Below the pieces are notes generated by a model. That model made no database searches. It saw only the letters and a program-made list of their open reading frames with translations, and was not told the origin of the DNA. Below, one piece after another: positions 52,043 to 63,206 of a stretch of DNA of 64,000 nt. The position numbers were made by a program, and so were the translations under genes. Source of the stretch: an uncultured Gammaproteobacteria bacterium (GTDB lineage Bacteria; Pseudomonadota; Gammaproteobacteria; DRLM01); contig CAVSNY010000002.1 of NCBI GenBank assembly GCA_963729605.1, positions 64,001 to 128,000 of the forward strand, written 5' to 3'. Positions within the stretch are counted from its first letter, which is position 1. Each line of letters starts with the position of its first letter.

Positions 52043-53252
52043 GCAATACGATGTGCTGATCGTCGGTGCCGGCATGGTCGGCGCCACCCTCGCCTGCGCC
52101 TTGGCCGGCTCGTCGCTGCGGGTCGCGATCCTGGAAGGCGTCACGCCGCGGGAGGTGAACGCCGCCGATCCGGTCGATCTGCGCGTCTCCGCCGTCACCC
52201 GCGCTTCGCAAAATATTTTCACCGCGCTGGGTGCCTGGGAAGGCATGGCGGCGCGGCGGGTGAGCCCCTACCGCGAGATGCATGTGTGGGACGCCGGCGG
52301 CGACGGCGTGATTCATTTCGACAGCGCCGAGGTGGGCGAGGCCGAACTGGGGCACATCGTCGAGAACCGCGTGGTGCAAATCGCTTTGTGGGAACAGCTG
52401 CAGCGTGCGGAAAATATCAGCGTCTTTTGTCCCGCCGCCTGCGCCGAGTTGCGACGCGAGGCCGAGCACATCAGCGTGCGGCTGGACGACGGCCGGCTGC
52501 TCGGTGCGCGGTTGGTGGTGGGCGCGGACGGCGCGCAGTCGCGGGTGCGGCGCTTTGCCCGCATCGCCGTGCACGGCTGGCAATACGATCAACACGGCGT
52601 GGTGGCGACGGTGCGTAGCGAACGCGGTCATCGCGAAACCGCCTGGCAGCGTTTTTTGCCCGACGGTCCGCTGGCGTTTTTGCCGCTGCATGACGGCCGT
52701 TGTTCCATCGTCTGGTCCACGTCGCCGGCGCATGCCGCGCGTTTGCTGGCCATGGAGGACGCGGCGTTTTGCGAAGACCTCACCCGCGCCTTCGCCGGCA
52801 CGCTGGGACGGATTGAAGCCACCAGCGAACGCGCCGCCTTTCCGCTGCACTTGCAACACGCGGAACGTTATGTGACGGCGGGTCTGGCCTTGATCGGCGA
52901 CGCGGCGCACACCGTGCACCCGCTGGCGGGGCAGGGCGTTAATCTGGGCATACTCGACGCGGCGGCCTTGGCGGAGGTCTTGCTCGATGCCCGCGCCGCC
53001 CACAAAGATATCGCGAGCCTCGCGGTGCTGCGCCGTTATGAGCGCTGGCGCAAGGGCCACAATCTGTTGATGATGGCCAGCATGGACGGCTTCAAACGCC
53101 TGTTCGGCAGCGACTGGTGGCCGCTGCGGGTCGCGCGCAATGCGGGGCTCACTCTCACCGATCGGCTGAGTCCGGTCAAACATCACATCATGGCGCAGGC
53201 CATGGGCCGCGGCGGCGATCTGCCGCGCTTGGCGCGGGCCGTGATTCTTTAG
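52029..53252 (+). CDS. ubiI: UbiI/VisC-family FAD-dependent ubiquinone hydroxylase
   Basis: VGAGMVG, DLRVSA, LGHIVEN, AWQRF, GDAAHTVHPLAGQGVNLG, LRRYERWRK; follows ubiH. Confidence 0.8.
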   Translation: MNRSEQYDVLIVGAGMVGATLACALAGSSLRVAILEGVTPREVNAADPVDLRVSAVTRASQNIFTALGAWEGMAARRVSPYREMHVWDAGGDGVIHFDSAEVGEAELGHIVENRVVQIALWEQLQRAENISVFCPAACAELRREAEHISVRLDDGRLLGARLVVGADGAQSRVRRFARIAVHGWQYDQHGVVATVRSERGHRETAWQRFLPDGPLAFLPLHDGRCSIVWSTSPAHAARLLAMEDAAFCEDLTRAFAGTLGRIEATSERAAFPLHLQHAERYVTAGLALIGDAAHTVHPLAGQGVNLGILDAAALAEVLLDARAAHKDIASLAVLRRYERWRKGHNLLMMASMDGFKRLFGSDWWPLRVARNAGLTLTDRLSPVKHHIMAQAMGRGGDLPRLARAVIL

Positions 53253-53369
53253 CGCAATGCCGCCGTGCCTCGTTTGAACAAGCCTCGATAAAACCCGCGC
53301 GCCGTTCAGGCGTGAAGACATCAGAGCGGATTGCTCAAACGAATTTCGAGTGTCTCGTAGGCCGGTGGA

Positions 53370-53446
53370 TTCAGCGTGAATTCAGGGTGGGCGCATTAAG
53401 CTCGACCCGGCATGCGGTTTTATACCCGGCGTTCACGGCCGCTGAA
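53370..53446 (+). ncRNA. candidate structured leader RNA, possibly a Na+-I (DUF1646-class) riboswitch
   Basis: TTCAGCGTGAA pairs with TTCAC..GCTGAA, enclosing CAGGGTG...GCGGTTTTATACCCG, which resembles my recollection of the DUF1646 motif core; 65 nt upstream of a Na+/H+ antiporter. Confidence 0.5.
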
Positions 53447-53511
53447 CGGGCCGATTCTTCGATCTCCGCTTTTTCCATGGTGTCCGTCAGCATTTCCGCA
53501 AAGGTTTTGCT

Positions 53512-54738
53512 ATGACTCTGTTTCAGATTATCGCGATATTGGTGGTACTCGCGGCGCTGTTCGGTTATCTCAATTACCGTTATATCGGGTTGCCGTCCAC
53601 CGTCGGCTTGATGGTGATGGCCCTGGCCTTGTCCGGTGTTTTGGAAGGCTTGGGCGCGCTGGGATTCGGCATGGAAGAACGCGCCGCGCATTTCCTGGCG
53701 CGCATCGATTTCAATCAAACCGTCTTGCATGGGATGTTGGGCTTTCTGCTGTTCGCCGGGGCCTTGCATGTCAATTTCGAGGAGTTGGCGCAACAGCGGT
53801 GGGCGGTGATGCTGCTCGCGACGCTGGGCGTGGTGTTGTCTACCTTGATCATCGGCGTCTTGTTGTGGCTGGTGTTGGGTTGGTTGGGTATTCCTCTGTC
53901 GTTTATCTATTGTTTGATTTTCGGCGCCCTGATCTCGCCGACCGATCCGATCGCGGTCCTGGCGATACTCAAAGGGCTGGACGCGCCCAAGGGGTTGGAG
54001 ATGAAGATCGCCGGCGAGTCCTTGTTCAATGACGGCGTGGGCGTGGTGCTGTTTTTGGTCCTGATGGGGCTCGCGACCGGTAACGGCCACCTTGCCGCAA
54101 CCGACATCGGCTGGCTGTTGGTGAAGGAATGGCTGGGCGGCGTGGTGTTCGGGCTGGTCAGCGGCGCGACGGCCTGCTGGTTGTTGGCGCGCGTCGATGA
54201 TTATCAAGTCGAGGTGCTGATCACCCTGGCGCTGGTGATGGGCGGTTTTGCCCTGGCCGAGGCCTGGCAGTTGTCGGCGCCGCTCGCCATCGTGGTGGCG
54301 GGTTTGTTGATCGGTAATCGCGGCCGTCGCTTCGCCATATCGGCGCAAACCCGCCAGCGCTTGGATACGTTCTGGGAATTGATCGACGAAATCTTCAATG
54401 CCGTGTTATTCGTGCTGATCGGTTTGGAGGTGTTGGTACTGGTGTATACCTGGAATTATTTGCTCGCCAGTCTGGTGGCGATTCCTATCGTATTGCTGGC
54501 GCGTTTCATCAGCGTCGGCGTGCCGGTGGGCTTGCTGCGCAGCGTGCAGGTCTTTGCGCCCAACACCGTGAAGATTCTCACCTGGGGCGGTTTGCGGGGC
54601 GGCGTATCGGTGGCGTTGGCCTTGGCCTTGCCGGCGGGCCCCGAGCGGGGTGTCATTCTGCCGGTCACTTACGCGGTGGTGGCCTTTTCCATCATTGCGC
54701 AGGGCCTCACCGTCGGGCGCTTGCTGCGGAGGGTTTAA
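53512..54738 (+). CDS. Na+/H+ antiporter, CPA1/NhaP family
   Basis: LLFAGAL, FGALISPTDPIAV, IAGESLFNDG, FWELIDEIFNAVLF, LTWGGLRGG. Confidence 0.93.
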   Translation: MTLFQIIAILVVLAALFGYLNYRYIGLPSTVGLMVMALALSGVLEGLGALGFGMEERAAHFLARIDFNQTVLHGMLGFLLFAGALHVNFEELAQQRWAVMLLATLGVVLSTLIIGVLLWLVLGWLGIPLSFIYCLIFGALISPTDPIAVLAILKGLDAPKGLEMKIAGESLFNDGVGVVLFLVLMGLATGNGHLAATDIGWLLVKEWLGGVVFGLVSGATACWLLARVDDYQVEVLITLALVMGGFALAEAWQLSAPLAIVVAGLLIGNRGRRFAISAQTRQRLDTFWELIDEIFNAVLFVLIGLEVLVLVYTWNYLLASLVAIPIVLLARFISVGVPVGLLRSVQVFAPNTVKILTWGGLRGGVSVALALALPAGPERGVILPVTYAVVAFSIIAQGLTVGRLLRRV

Positions 54739-54882
54739 AGGCTGTCCGCGCGAGGGCGCGCGCACTATATATATAGAAAATCAGCCTCAACTCCGTTGCG
54801 GCATCTACTCATTGATTCAACTGATTTTAAGGGGGCTCTGGAGCCGCCCCGGGGCGAGGCCTCTCCGCGGGCGCTTGCGATA

Positions 54883-54904
54883 AATAATGATAATGATTAT
54901 CATT
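54883..54904. promoter_or_regulatory. Fur box
   Basis: AATAATGATAATGATTATC matches GATAATGATAATCATTATC at 17/19; perfect palindrome AATGATAAT-G-ATTATCATT; upstream of Fe3+ ABC genes. Confidence 0.92.
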
Positions 54905-54950
54905 TTTTAAACTTCGATCCATCATCCGGATTTGGCAAGAGGAGCGCGAA

Positions 54951-55964
54951 ATGCTTAAACGAGTAGGCTTGACTTTGATGGCGGCGCTGATGGGTTTGGG
55001 CGGCGCCGCGAGTGTTGCCGTGGCCCAAGACGAGTTGGTGGTGTATTCGGGCCGCAGTGACAGCTTCGTCAAACCGGTCGCCGAAGAATTTACCAAACGG
55101 ACCGGGACCCGGGTGATCCTGCACAACGCCAGTTCCACCGAGTTGTTGAACAAGCTGCGTGTCGAAGGCGAGCGTACCCAGGCCGATCTCTACTTGAGCA
55201 ACGACGCGGGCAATTTGCAGCTGGGCAGCGAACTGGGATTGTTCCAGCCTCTGCCGGAGGCCTCGGCCAAACTGGTGGATGCCCGCTGGCGTGCGCCGGA
55301 CAATACGTGGGTGGGCTTGTCGGCGCGGGCCCGGGTCTTGGTGGTGAACAACCGGGCCAAAGACCTGGGGTTCATCAAGTCGGTGTTCGATCTCGCCGAT
55401 CCGCGTTTGAAGGGGCGGCTCGGTATCACCAACAGCGCCAACGAGAGTTTCGTGGCGGGCGCCACGGTGTATATGCTGGCCGCCGGCAAGGAGAAGACCC
55501 GCGATTGGTTGCAGGGTCTGAAAGACAATGTGGGCAAGAGCGTGTTCGATAAACACGGCCAGATCGTCAGCGCGGTGGCCGCCGGCAAGGTGGACGTGGG
55601 TCTGGTGAATCACTATTACATCTACCGTCATTTGGATAGCCAGCCCAATGCGCCGATCCGCATCCTGCTGCCCGATCAGGGCGAACAGGGCATGGGGGTG
55701 GCGTGGAATGTCGCCGGCGTGGCGGTGAGCAAACACACCCGCAAAAAAGAAGCGGCGGAAAAATTCGTCGCCTTCCTGGTCTCGGAAGAAGGACAGAAGA
55801 TCTTCGCCGAGGTGAACGAGGAATATCCGACCCGCGCCGGCGTACCCGCCGCCGCGCGTCTGCCGGCGCCGGCCAGCGTCAAAGTGGCCAACGTGCCCTT
55901 GTCCAAATTGGGACCGGAGCGGGGTGCGACCCTCGACTTGATCGACGCGGTGGGCATGCCTTGA
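54951..55964 (+). CDS. Fe3+ ABC transporter substrate-binding protein (FbpA/FutA-like)
   Basis: Signal peptide; VVYSGR, WVGLSARARV, GLVNHYY, NEEYP; Fur box upstream. Confidence 0.9.
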   Translation: MLKRVGLTLMAALMGLGGAASVAVAQDELVVYSGRSDSFVKPVAEEFTKRTGTRVILHNASSTELLNKLRVEGERTQADLYLSNDAGNLQLGSELGLFQPLPEASAKLVDARWRAPDNTWVGLSARARVLVVNNRAKDLGFIKSVFDLADPRLKGRLGITNSANESFVAGATVYMLAAGKEKTRDWLQGLKDNVGKSVFDKHGQIVSAVAAGKVDVGLVNHYYIYRHLDSQPNAPIRILLPDQGEQGMGVAWNVAGVAVSKHTRKKEAAEKFVAFLVSEEGQKIFAEVNEEYPTRAGVPAAARLPAPASVKVANVPLSKLGPERGATLDLIDAVGMP

Positions 55965-55992
55965 ATGGCGTGAGCCGGGTGTTGGGAGCGGG

Positions 55993-57561
55993 ATGATCAA
56001 AAGCAAATTCGGTCCACTGGGAACGGTGGCGGGGATGGTCGTGTTGGCGGCGGCCATCCCCTTATTATTTGTTATTTACAGCAGCGGGCAACTCAGCGCG
56101 GCGCAGTGGGCCGGGCTATGGAGCAGCCGCTTGCCGGTATTGCTGGGCAATACCTTGTCCTTGTCGGCGCTGGTCAGTGTCGGTTCGCTGGTGCTGGGCA
56201 TCTCGTCGGCCTGGTTGATCGCGCGCCGCGAGTTCCCCGGCCGCCGTCTCGCCCTGTGGTTGATGGTGCTGCCCCTGACCATTCCCACCTATGTGTTCGC
56301 CCATATCTACACCACCTTGTTCGAAGAGCAGGGCTGGCTGGGACGCTTGTGGCGCGCGCTGTTCGGCGAGGCGATCGCCATTCCCGATTTATACAACGTG
56401 TTCGGCGCGGCGTGGATATTGTCGCTGGCGAGTTTTTCCTATGTGTTTTTGCTGGCCCACGCGGCGCTGATCCACTCCAATCGCGCGCTGGAAGAGGCGG
56501 CGCGTATTCAGGGCGCCACGCCCTTGCGGGTGTTTTGGCACGTGACCCTGCCGCTGCTGCGGCCGGCCCTCGCCGCCGGGCTGGCGGTGGTGGTGCTGCA
56601 TGTCTTGTCGGACTTCGGCGCGGTGAGCATGCTGCGTTATCAGACCTTCACCTTGAGCATTTATCTGCAGATGAGCGGGCGTTTCGATTATCAAGGCGCC
56701 GCCGGTTTGAGTCTGGTGCTGGTCATGTTGTCGCTCACCTTCTTGGCGATGGAGCGTTTCTTCCGCACCCGCCAGCGTTATTACGCGGGCGCGCAAGGCG
56801 CCCTCATCAAACCCAAGCGGGCGCGGCCGTGGGAACTGGTATGGATAGGCCTGTGGCTCGGTTCCATCGTCTTGTTCGCTTTCGCCTTGCCGCTGTGGTG
56901 GATGTTGGAGTTGAGCTGGACGGCCTGGCACACCGGCGCGCTGGACGAGCGTTTCTGGGGTTATGTGTTCAATTCGCTGCTGGTGGCGTTTTGCGCGGCC
57001 ACCGCGGCGATGCTGGTCGCCTTGCCGATCGGTCTGTTTCACGTGCGCCGCCCCACCTGGCTCAGCGGCGGTTTCATGAATCTGTCCAGCGTCGGTTTCG
57101 TATTGCCCGGTCCGGTGATCGCCTTGGGCATGGTCACCTTCATGCTGGCGGCCTTGCCGGTGTTGTACGGCGGTCTCGCCGCCTTGGTGGCGGCGCTGGT
57201 GGTGCGTTTCCTGCCGCTGGCGGTGCAGGCGGAGGAGGCGGCCATGCAGCAGCTCACGCCGTCGGTCGAGCAGGCGGGCCGCGTGCACGGCGCGGGTCCC
57301 TTGGAGAATCTGTGGCGGGTGACCCTGCCGATGATCCGCGGCGGCCTGGCGGTGGCGTGGGTGCTGGTGTTCATCGATGTGCTGAAGGAATTGCCCGCCA
57401 CGCTGATTTTGCGGCCGATCGGTTTCGATACCCTGCCGGTGCGGATCTGGATCGAGGCCAGCGAGGAAATGCTGGAGCTGGCGGCCCCCGCCGCGTTGAT
57501 GCTGGTGGTGGCTTCGCTGCCCGCCTTGTGGATCCTGATGCGCGGCAAAAAAGGCCGTTAA
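55993..57561 (+). CDS. Fe3+ ABC transporter permease (FbpB-like)
   Basis: Two EAA loops (LEEAARIQG, VEQAGRVHG), LSDFGAV, LKELPATLILRPIGFDTL. Confidence 0.9.
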   Translation: MIKSKFGPLGTVAGMVVLAAAIPLLFVIYSSGQLSAAQWAGLWSSRLPVLLGNTLSLSALVSVGSLVLGISSAWLIARREFPGRRLALWLMVLPLTIPTYVFAHIYTTLFEEQGWLGRLWRALFGEAIAIPDLYNVFGAAWILSLASFSYVFLLAHAALIHSNRALEEAARIQGATPLRVFWHVTLPLLRPALAAGLAVVVLHVLSDFGAVSMLRYQTFTLSIYLQMSGRFDYQGAAGLSLVLVMLSLTFLAMERFFRTRQRYYAGAQGALIKPKRARPWELVWIGLWLGSIVLFAFALPLWWMLELSWTAWHTGALDERFWGYVFNSLLVAFCAATAAMLVALPIGLFHVRRPTWLSGGFMNLSSVGFVLPGPVIALGMVTFMLAALPVLYGGLAALVAALVVRFLPLAVQAEEAAMQQLTPSVEQAGRVHGAGPLENLWRVTLPMIRGGLAVAWVLVFIDVLKELPATLILRPIGFDTLPVRIWIEASEEMLELAAPAALMLVVASLPALWILMRGKKGR

Positions 57562-57578
57562 AAGCCGGCGGGGGGAGC

Positions 57579-57607
57579 TTGGTTTCCGCCGCCGCCCTCG
57601 GTATAGT
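57579..57607 (+). promoter_or_regulatory. sigma70 promoter of the glycine riboswitch leader
   Basis: TTGGTT-N17-TATAGT ending 6 nt before the first aptamer stem. Confidence 0.55.
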
Positions 57608-57613
57608 GGCGCC

Positions 57614-57779
57614 TCAACATTGTCCCCCGTGGGAGAGGCCCCGTTCAGTCGGGGCGCCGAAGGCGCAACCAGCCCGGAATCGCTCAGGCAAAAGGACCGC
57701 AGCGGGACGTTGACTCTGGAGAGCGGTCGCTGATGCGATCCACCGAAGGGGCTAAACGCTCTCAGGTACCCGGACAGAG
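57614..57779 (+). ncRNA. tandem glycine riboswitch
   Basis: Aptamer 1 GGAGAG...CGCCGAAGGCGCAA...CTCAGGCAAAAGGAC; aptamer 2 CTCTGGAGAG...CACCGAAGGGGC...CTCTCAGG...GACAGAG; upstream of gcv genes. Confidence 0.95.
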
Positions 57780-57818
57780 GGGGCAACGCTGGCGCGGCGC
57801 GCGGCGTTGCCCCTTTTT
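57778..57818 (+). terminator. riboswitch expression-platform terminator
   Basis: GGGGCAACGC / GCGTTGCCCC stem plus T run, abutting the 3' strand of aptamer 2. Confidence 0.85.
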
Positions 57819-57873
57819 GTTTTTAGGACGGGACGAGCAACCAACCCAGGTTTGCTTCAGTAACGAGAACGCG

Positions 57874-58797
<924 letters not shown>

Positions 58798-58809
58798 GCG
58801 GGAGAAATC

Positions 58810-59907
58810 ATGGGTAAACGCACGCCTCTTTATGACACGCACCTCGCCGCCGGCGCCAAGCTGGTGGATTTCGGCGGCTGGGATATGCCGCTGCATTACG
58901 GCTCGCAAATCGAGGAACATCATCAAGTGCGCCGCGACGCGGGTATGTTCGACGTGTCGCACATGACCATCGTCGATCTGCGCGGCGAACGGGTGCAGGA
59001 TTTCCTGCGTCATCTGGTCGCCAACAACATCGACAAACTCAAACTCCCCGGCGGCGCGCTCTACACCTGCATGCTCAACGCGCAAGGCGGCGTCATCGAC
59101 GATTTGATCGTCTATTTCGTCGAGCCGCGCTGGTACCGCCTGGTGGTGAACGCGGCCACCCGCGACAAGGATCTGGCGTGGATCACCCAACAGGCCAAGG
59201 CCTTCGCGGTCGAGGTGCGCGAGCGCGCCGAGCTGGCAATGATCGCGATACAAGGTCCGCAAGCGCGCGACAAGACTCAGCGCGCCCTCGGCGATATCGT
59301 GCGCGCCGCCACCGCGTTGCAGAAACCGTTCACCTTCGTGGTGGTGGGCGACTTGTTCATCGCCCGCACCGGCTACACCGGCGAAGACGGTTACGAGATC
59401 ATGCTGCCCGCCGCCCAAGCCGCGACAGTGTGGCAAAAACTGGCGGCCGCCGGCGTGGTGCCCGCCGGTCTCGGCGCCCGCGATACCTTGCGTCTCGAAG
59501 CCGGCATGAATCTCTACGGCAGCGACATGGACGAGACCACCTCGCCCCTCGAATCGGGACTGGCCTGGACCGTGGCTTTCGAACCGGCGACGCGCGATTT
59601 CATCGGCCGCGCCGCGCTGGAGGCGCAGCGTCAGCGCGGCGCCGTCGCCGAGTTCGTCGGACTGGTGTTGCTCGACAAAGGCGTGTTGCGCAATCATCAA
59701 ACGGTGCTGCAAAACGGCGAGAAAATAGGCGAGATCACCAGCGGCGGTTTTTCACCGAGCCTGGGCCGGGCGATCGCGCTGGCACGGGTGAACGCTTCGG
59801 TGAGCGGCGATTGCCAAGTCGAGATCCGCGGCAAGTTGCTGGACGTGAAGGTGGTCAAGCCGCCCTTCGTGCGCAACGGCAAGATTTGCGTCGCGCTGCC
59901 CGCGTGA
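58810..59907 (+). CDS. gcvT: glycine cleavage system T protein
   Basis: [42 protein letters not shown]. Confidence 0.97.
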   Translation: MGKRTPLYDTHLAAGAKLVDFGGWDMPLHYGSQIEEHHQVRRDAGMFDVSHMTIVDLRGERVQDFLRHLVANNIDKLKLPGGALYTCMLNAQGGVIDDLIVYFVEPRWYRLVVNAATRDKDLAWITQQAKAFAVEVRERAELAMIAIQGPQARDKTQRALGDIVRAATALQKPFTFVVVGDLFIARTGYTGEDGYEIMLPAAQAATVWQKLAAAGVVPAGLGARDTLRLEAGMNLYGSDMDETTSPLESGLAWTVAFEPATRDFIGRAALEAQRQRGAVAEFVGLVLLDKGVLRNHQTVLQNGEKIGEITSGGFSPSLGRAIALARVNASVSGDCQVEIRGKLLDVKVVKPPFVRNGKICVALPA

Positions 59908-59947
59908 ACGTTTGCGATATTCAAATTCAAATGATGAGGATGGACTC

Positions 59948-60343
59948 ATGAGTAATATTCCCGTTGATCTCAAGTACACCAAATCCCACGAATGGGTGCG
60001 CCGCGAAGCGGACGGCACCGTCACCGTGGGCATCACCGACCACGCCCAGGATTTGCTGGGCGATATGGTGTTCGTCGAATTGCCCGAACCGGGCCGCGCG
60101 CTGAAGGCGGGCCAGGAATGCGCGGTGGTGGAATCGGTGAAGGCCGCTTCCGACGTGTACAGTCCGCTCGCCGGCGAGGTGGTGGCGATCAACGACGTGT
60201 TGAGCGACAGCCCGGAACTCGTCAACAAGGCGCCTTACGGTGAAGGCTGGATGATGCGCATCAAACCCGCCGCCGCCGCGGAGATCGACGACCTGCTGGA
60301 CGCCGCCGCCTATCAGGCCCAGATCGAGAACGAGGCGGAGTGA
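59948..60343 (+). CDS. gcvH: glycine cleavage system H protein
   Basis: [38 protein letters not shown]. Confidence 0.97.
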   Translation: MSNIPVDLKYTKSHEWVRREADGTVTVGITDHAQDLLGDMVFVELPEPGRALKAGQECAVVESVKAASDVYSPLAGEVVAINDVLSDSPELVNKAPYGEGWMMRIKPAAAAEIDDLLDAAAYQAQIENEAE

Positions 60344-60355
60344 CCGGAGCAGTGA

Positions 60356-60473
60356 ACCACGGAGCGCGCGGAGTACACGGAGGAAGAAATGGATGTGTGC
60401 ATTGTCATTGGCGCGCAGCGGCGCTGATTCATCCACGTTGATTTTTATTTGAGTACGCCATGGCCTCCGTGGT
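60356..60473. repeat. REP-like element with CACGGAG units and inverted ends
   Basis: ACCACGGAG..CGCGGAG..ACACGGAG on the left, CTCCGTGGT on the right, inside the gcvH-gcvPA spacer. Confidence 0.55.
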
Positions 60474-60493
60474 GACAATTTTTGGAGTGTGTT

Positions 60494-61852
60494 ATGCCGT
60501 TTATTCCACATACTGAGCAGGAAGTCCGCGAAATGCTGGACGCCATCGGCGCCCGCAGCATCGACGATCTCTTCGACGAGATTCCTGCCGATTTACGCGC
60601 CGAATTGAAAGACGTGCCGCCCGGCCTGCCCGAGATGGCGGTGATGCGGCTGATGGCCGCGCGCGCGCAGCAGGATCACTGCGATTTGTGTTTCATCGGC
60701 GCCGGCGCTTACGAACATCATATTCCCGCGGCGGTGTGGGAGATCACCACCCGCGGCGAATATTACACCGCCTACACGCCTTATCAGGCCGAGGCCAGCC
60801 AAGGCACCTTGCAGCTGCTCTACGAATACCAGACCATGATGGCGGGGCTGACCGGCCTCGACGTGTCCAATGCGTCTTTGTACGACGGCGCGTCGGCCCT
60901 GGCCGAGGCGGTGTTGATGGCGGTGCGCGCCAACCGCCACTCCAAATCCAAGCGCATCCTCATGCCGGCGACGGTGCATCCGCATTACCGCCAGGTGGTG
61001 CACGCCATCGTCCGCAACCAGGGCGTCGAGCTGGTGGAGCTGGCTTATTCGCGCGACGGCGGCCACATCGATCCCGCGAGCCTGCAACAGTACGCCGGTG
61101 AGGATTTTGCCGCGCTGGTGATTCCGCAGCCCAATTTCTTCGGCGTGCTGGAAGAGGTGGATGTCCTCACCGATTGGGCCCACGCCCAAGGCGCGCTGGT
61201 GATCGGCGTGGTGAATCCCACCGCCCTGGCCTTGCTCACGCCGCCGGGGGCATGGGGCGCCAAAGGCGCCGACATCGCCTGCGGCGAAGGCCAACCTTTG
61301 GGTGCGCCCTTGTCGTCGGGCGGCCCGTATTTCGGTTTCATGTGTTGCCGCCAGGAATGGGTGCGGCAAATGCCGGGCCGTATCGTCGGCCGCACCGTCG
61401 ATCGCGACGGCAAACCCGGTTTCACGCTGACCTTGCAGGCCCGCGAACAACACATCCGCCGTTCCAAGGCCACGTCGAATATCTGCACCAACCAAGGTTT
61501 GGTGGTGACCGCCGCGACGATTTATACCTCGCTGCTGGGCGCCGAGGGGTTGGAGCGAGTCGCGGCCGCCAGTCACGCCAATACCTTGCGGCTGGCGGAC
61601 AAACTCTGCGGCGTGGCCGGCGTCGAGCGGGTATTCGACCGCCCGGTATTCCACGAGACCGTGCTGCGCCTGCCGCGGCCGGTGGAGGAGGTGCTGGCGG
61701 CCCTGGCCGAGCGCAGCATCGCCGGCGGCTTCAATCTCAGTGAAGCCTACCCGGAGTTGGGCGACGCGGTGCTGGTGTGCGCCACCGAAACCAAGAGCGA
61801 GGCCGATTTGGACGAGTACGCCGCCGTGCTGGGGGCTATACTCGGCCGGTAA
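60494..61852 (+). CDS. gcvPA: glycine dehydrogenase subunit 1
   Basis: [58 protein letters not shown]; half-length P protein. Confidence 0.96.
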   Translation: MPFIPHTEQEVREMLDAIGARSIDDLFDEIPADLRAELKDVPPGLPEMAVMRLMAARAQQDHCDLCFIGAGAYEHHIPAAVWEITTRGEYYTAYTPYQAEASQGTLQLLYEYQTMMAGLTGLDVSNASLYDGASALAEAVLMAVRANRHSKSKRILMPATVHPHYRQVVHAIVRNQGVELVELAYSRDGGHIDPASLQQYAGEDFAALVIPQPNFFGVLEEVDVLTDWAHAQGALVIGVVNPTALALLTPPGAWGAKGADIACGEGQPLGAPLSSGGPYFGFMCCRQEWVRQMPGRIVGRTVDRDGKPGFTLTLQAREQHIRRSKATSNICTNQGLVVTAATIYTSLLGAEGLERVAAASHANTLRLADKLCGVAGVERVFDRPVFHETVLRLPRPVEEVLAALAERSIAGGFNLSEAYPELGDAVLVCATETKSEADLDEYAAVLGAILGR

Positions 61853-61889
61853 TTGTTCGATCTCAAGTGCGACAGCAAAGGAGTTAGCC

Positions 61890-62387
61890 ATGGCGACGAT
61901 CACTTTGAAGAGTAACGAGATACACACCAACGGCGAATTGCCGGCGGTGGGCAGCACGGCCCCGGATTTCCATCTGGTCGACAAAGACCTCAACGATGTC
62001 CGGCTCGGCGATTTCAAAGGCAAGAAGAAATTGCTGAACATCGTGCCGAGTCTCGACACCTCGGTGTGCGCCACCTCGGCGCGCAAATTCAATGAATACA
62101 TAAAAGGTCGCAGCGATTTGGTGGTGCTGACCATCTCCGCCGACCTGCCCTTCGCCCAAGGCCGTTTTTGCCAGAGCGAAGGACTCAGCAACGTGGTGAC
62201 CTTGTCGATGATGCGCTCGCGCAATTTCGCCAAGGACTACGGCGTGCTGATCCAGGACGGGCCGCTGGCCGGCATCACCGCGCGCGCCATCGTGGTGCTC
62301 GACGAACAGGACCGGGTGGTTTACACCGAACTGGTGCCGGAGATCGCCCAGGAACCCAATTACGATAAGGCGCTGGCGGCGCTGTAG
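61890..62387 (+). CDS. tpx: thiol peroxidase
   Basis: [48 protein letters not shown]; AAGGAG RBS. Confidence 0.95.
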   Translation: MATITLKSNEIHTNGELPAVGSTAPDFHLVDKDLNDVRLGDFKGKKKLLNIVPSLDTSVCATSARKFNEYIKGRSDLVVLTISADLPFAQGRFCQSEGLSNVVTLSMMRSRNFAKDYGVLIQDGPLAGITARAIVVLDEQDRVVYTELVPEIAQEPNYDKALAAL

Positions 62388-62459
62388 GAACAACAATGCG
62401 AGATCGGGCATCATAAAGAATCTTCGTTTCGAAGGCGTGAGTGAGTTAGACAGGCCAAA

Positions 62460-63188
62460 ATGTTTGAGAAGCTAAAGACGAAAGGCTTTCAAGTCATGAC
62501 GCTGCATCATGCGGAAGCTATTTTGAAGCATGATATGGCTGATGCCGTTACCGAGCTCGAAGCGATTCTGGTTGATGTCAAGATTCCCGCCGAGGAACTC
62601 ATCCGGGGCGGCGGTGGGGAGGGTGAACTCACCCAGCGCATGCGCCGTGCGCTGGCGGGTGATTATGGGTGGAAGAAGCACAATTTCGAAATCAAGAAGA
62701 TTGTCGACGGCGAGGAAAAGGAGTCCATCTCGCACGAAATCGATCACGTTAAGCGTTTCCCCGCCGGTACCTTTGCTCTTGAGATCGAATGGAACAATAA
62801 AGATCCATTTTTTGACCGGGATCTGGAGAATTTCAAACGCCTGCACGCCGATGGGGTGATTTCGATGGGCGCCATCATAACCCGAGGTGTTACGCTCCAA
62901 GAATCCCTGCGAGAGGTGGTCGCGCAGTTTGCGCGGAAGTACGGCATCAATGGACCGGACGCACTCTCGAAATACTACGCACCGACGGCGCGCCAGCTTT
63001 ATCTGATTCAGCGCGCGGCCAAGGCCAAAGGCTCCTTCGAGGAAGGCTGGGCTCATATGTTTGTGTCGGACAAATTTGGCGAGGCGACAACTCACTGGCG
63101 GAAACTTGAGGATCGAGTCCGGCGGGGCGTCGGCAATCCCTGCCCTCTGTTGTTGATTGGTATTCCCAAGCAAGTTGTGGTCGTATAG
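62460..63188 (+). CDS. BglII/BstYI-like restriction endonuclease-fold protein
   Basis: SHEIDHVK...ALEIEWNNKDPFFDRDLENF (D..ExE core), IITRG, GNPCPLLLIG; adjacent to a methyltransferase. Confidence 0.75.
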   Translation: MFEKLKTKGFQVMTLHHAEAILKHDMADAVTELEAILVDVKIPAEELIRGGGGEGELTQRMRRALAGDYGWKKHNFEIKKIVDGEEKESISHEIDHVKRFPAGTFALEIEWNNKDPFFDRDLENFKRLHADGVISMGAIITRGVTLQESLREVVAQFARKYGINGPDALSKYYAPTARQLYLIQRAAKAKGSFEEGWAHMFVSDKFGEATTHWRKLEDRVRRGVGNPCPLLLIGIPKQVVVV

Positions 63189-63206
63189 AAAACTAAGGAA
63201 ACAGTC

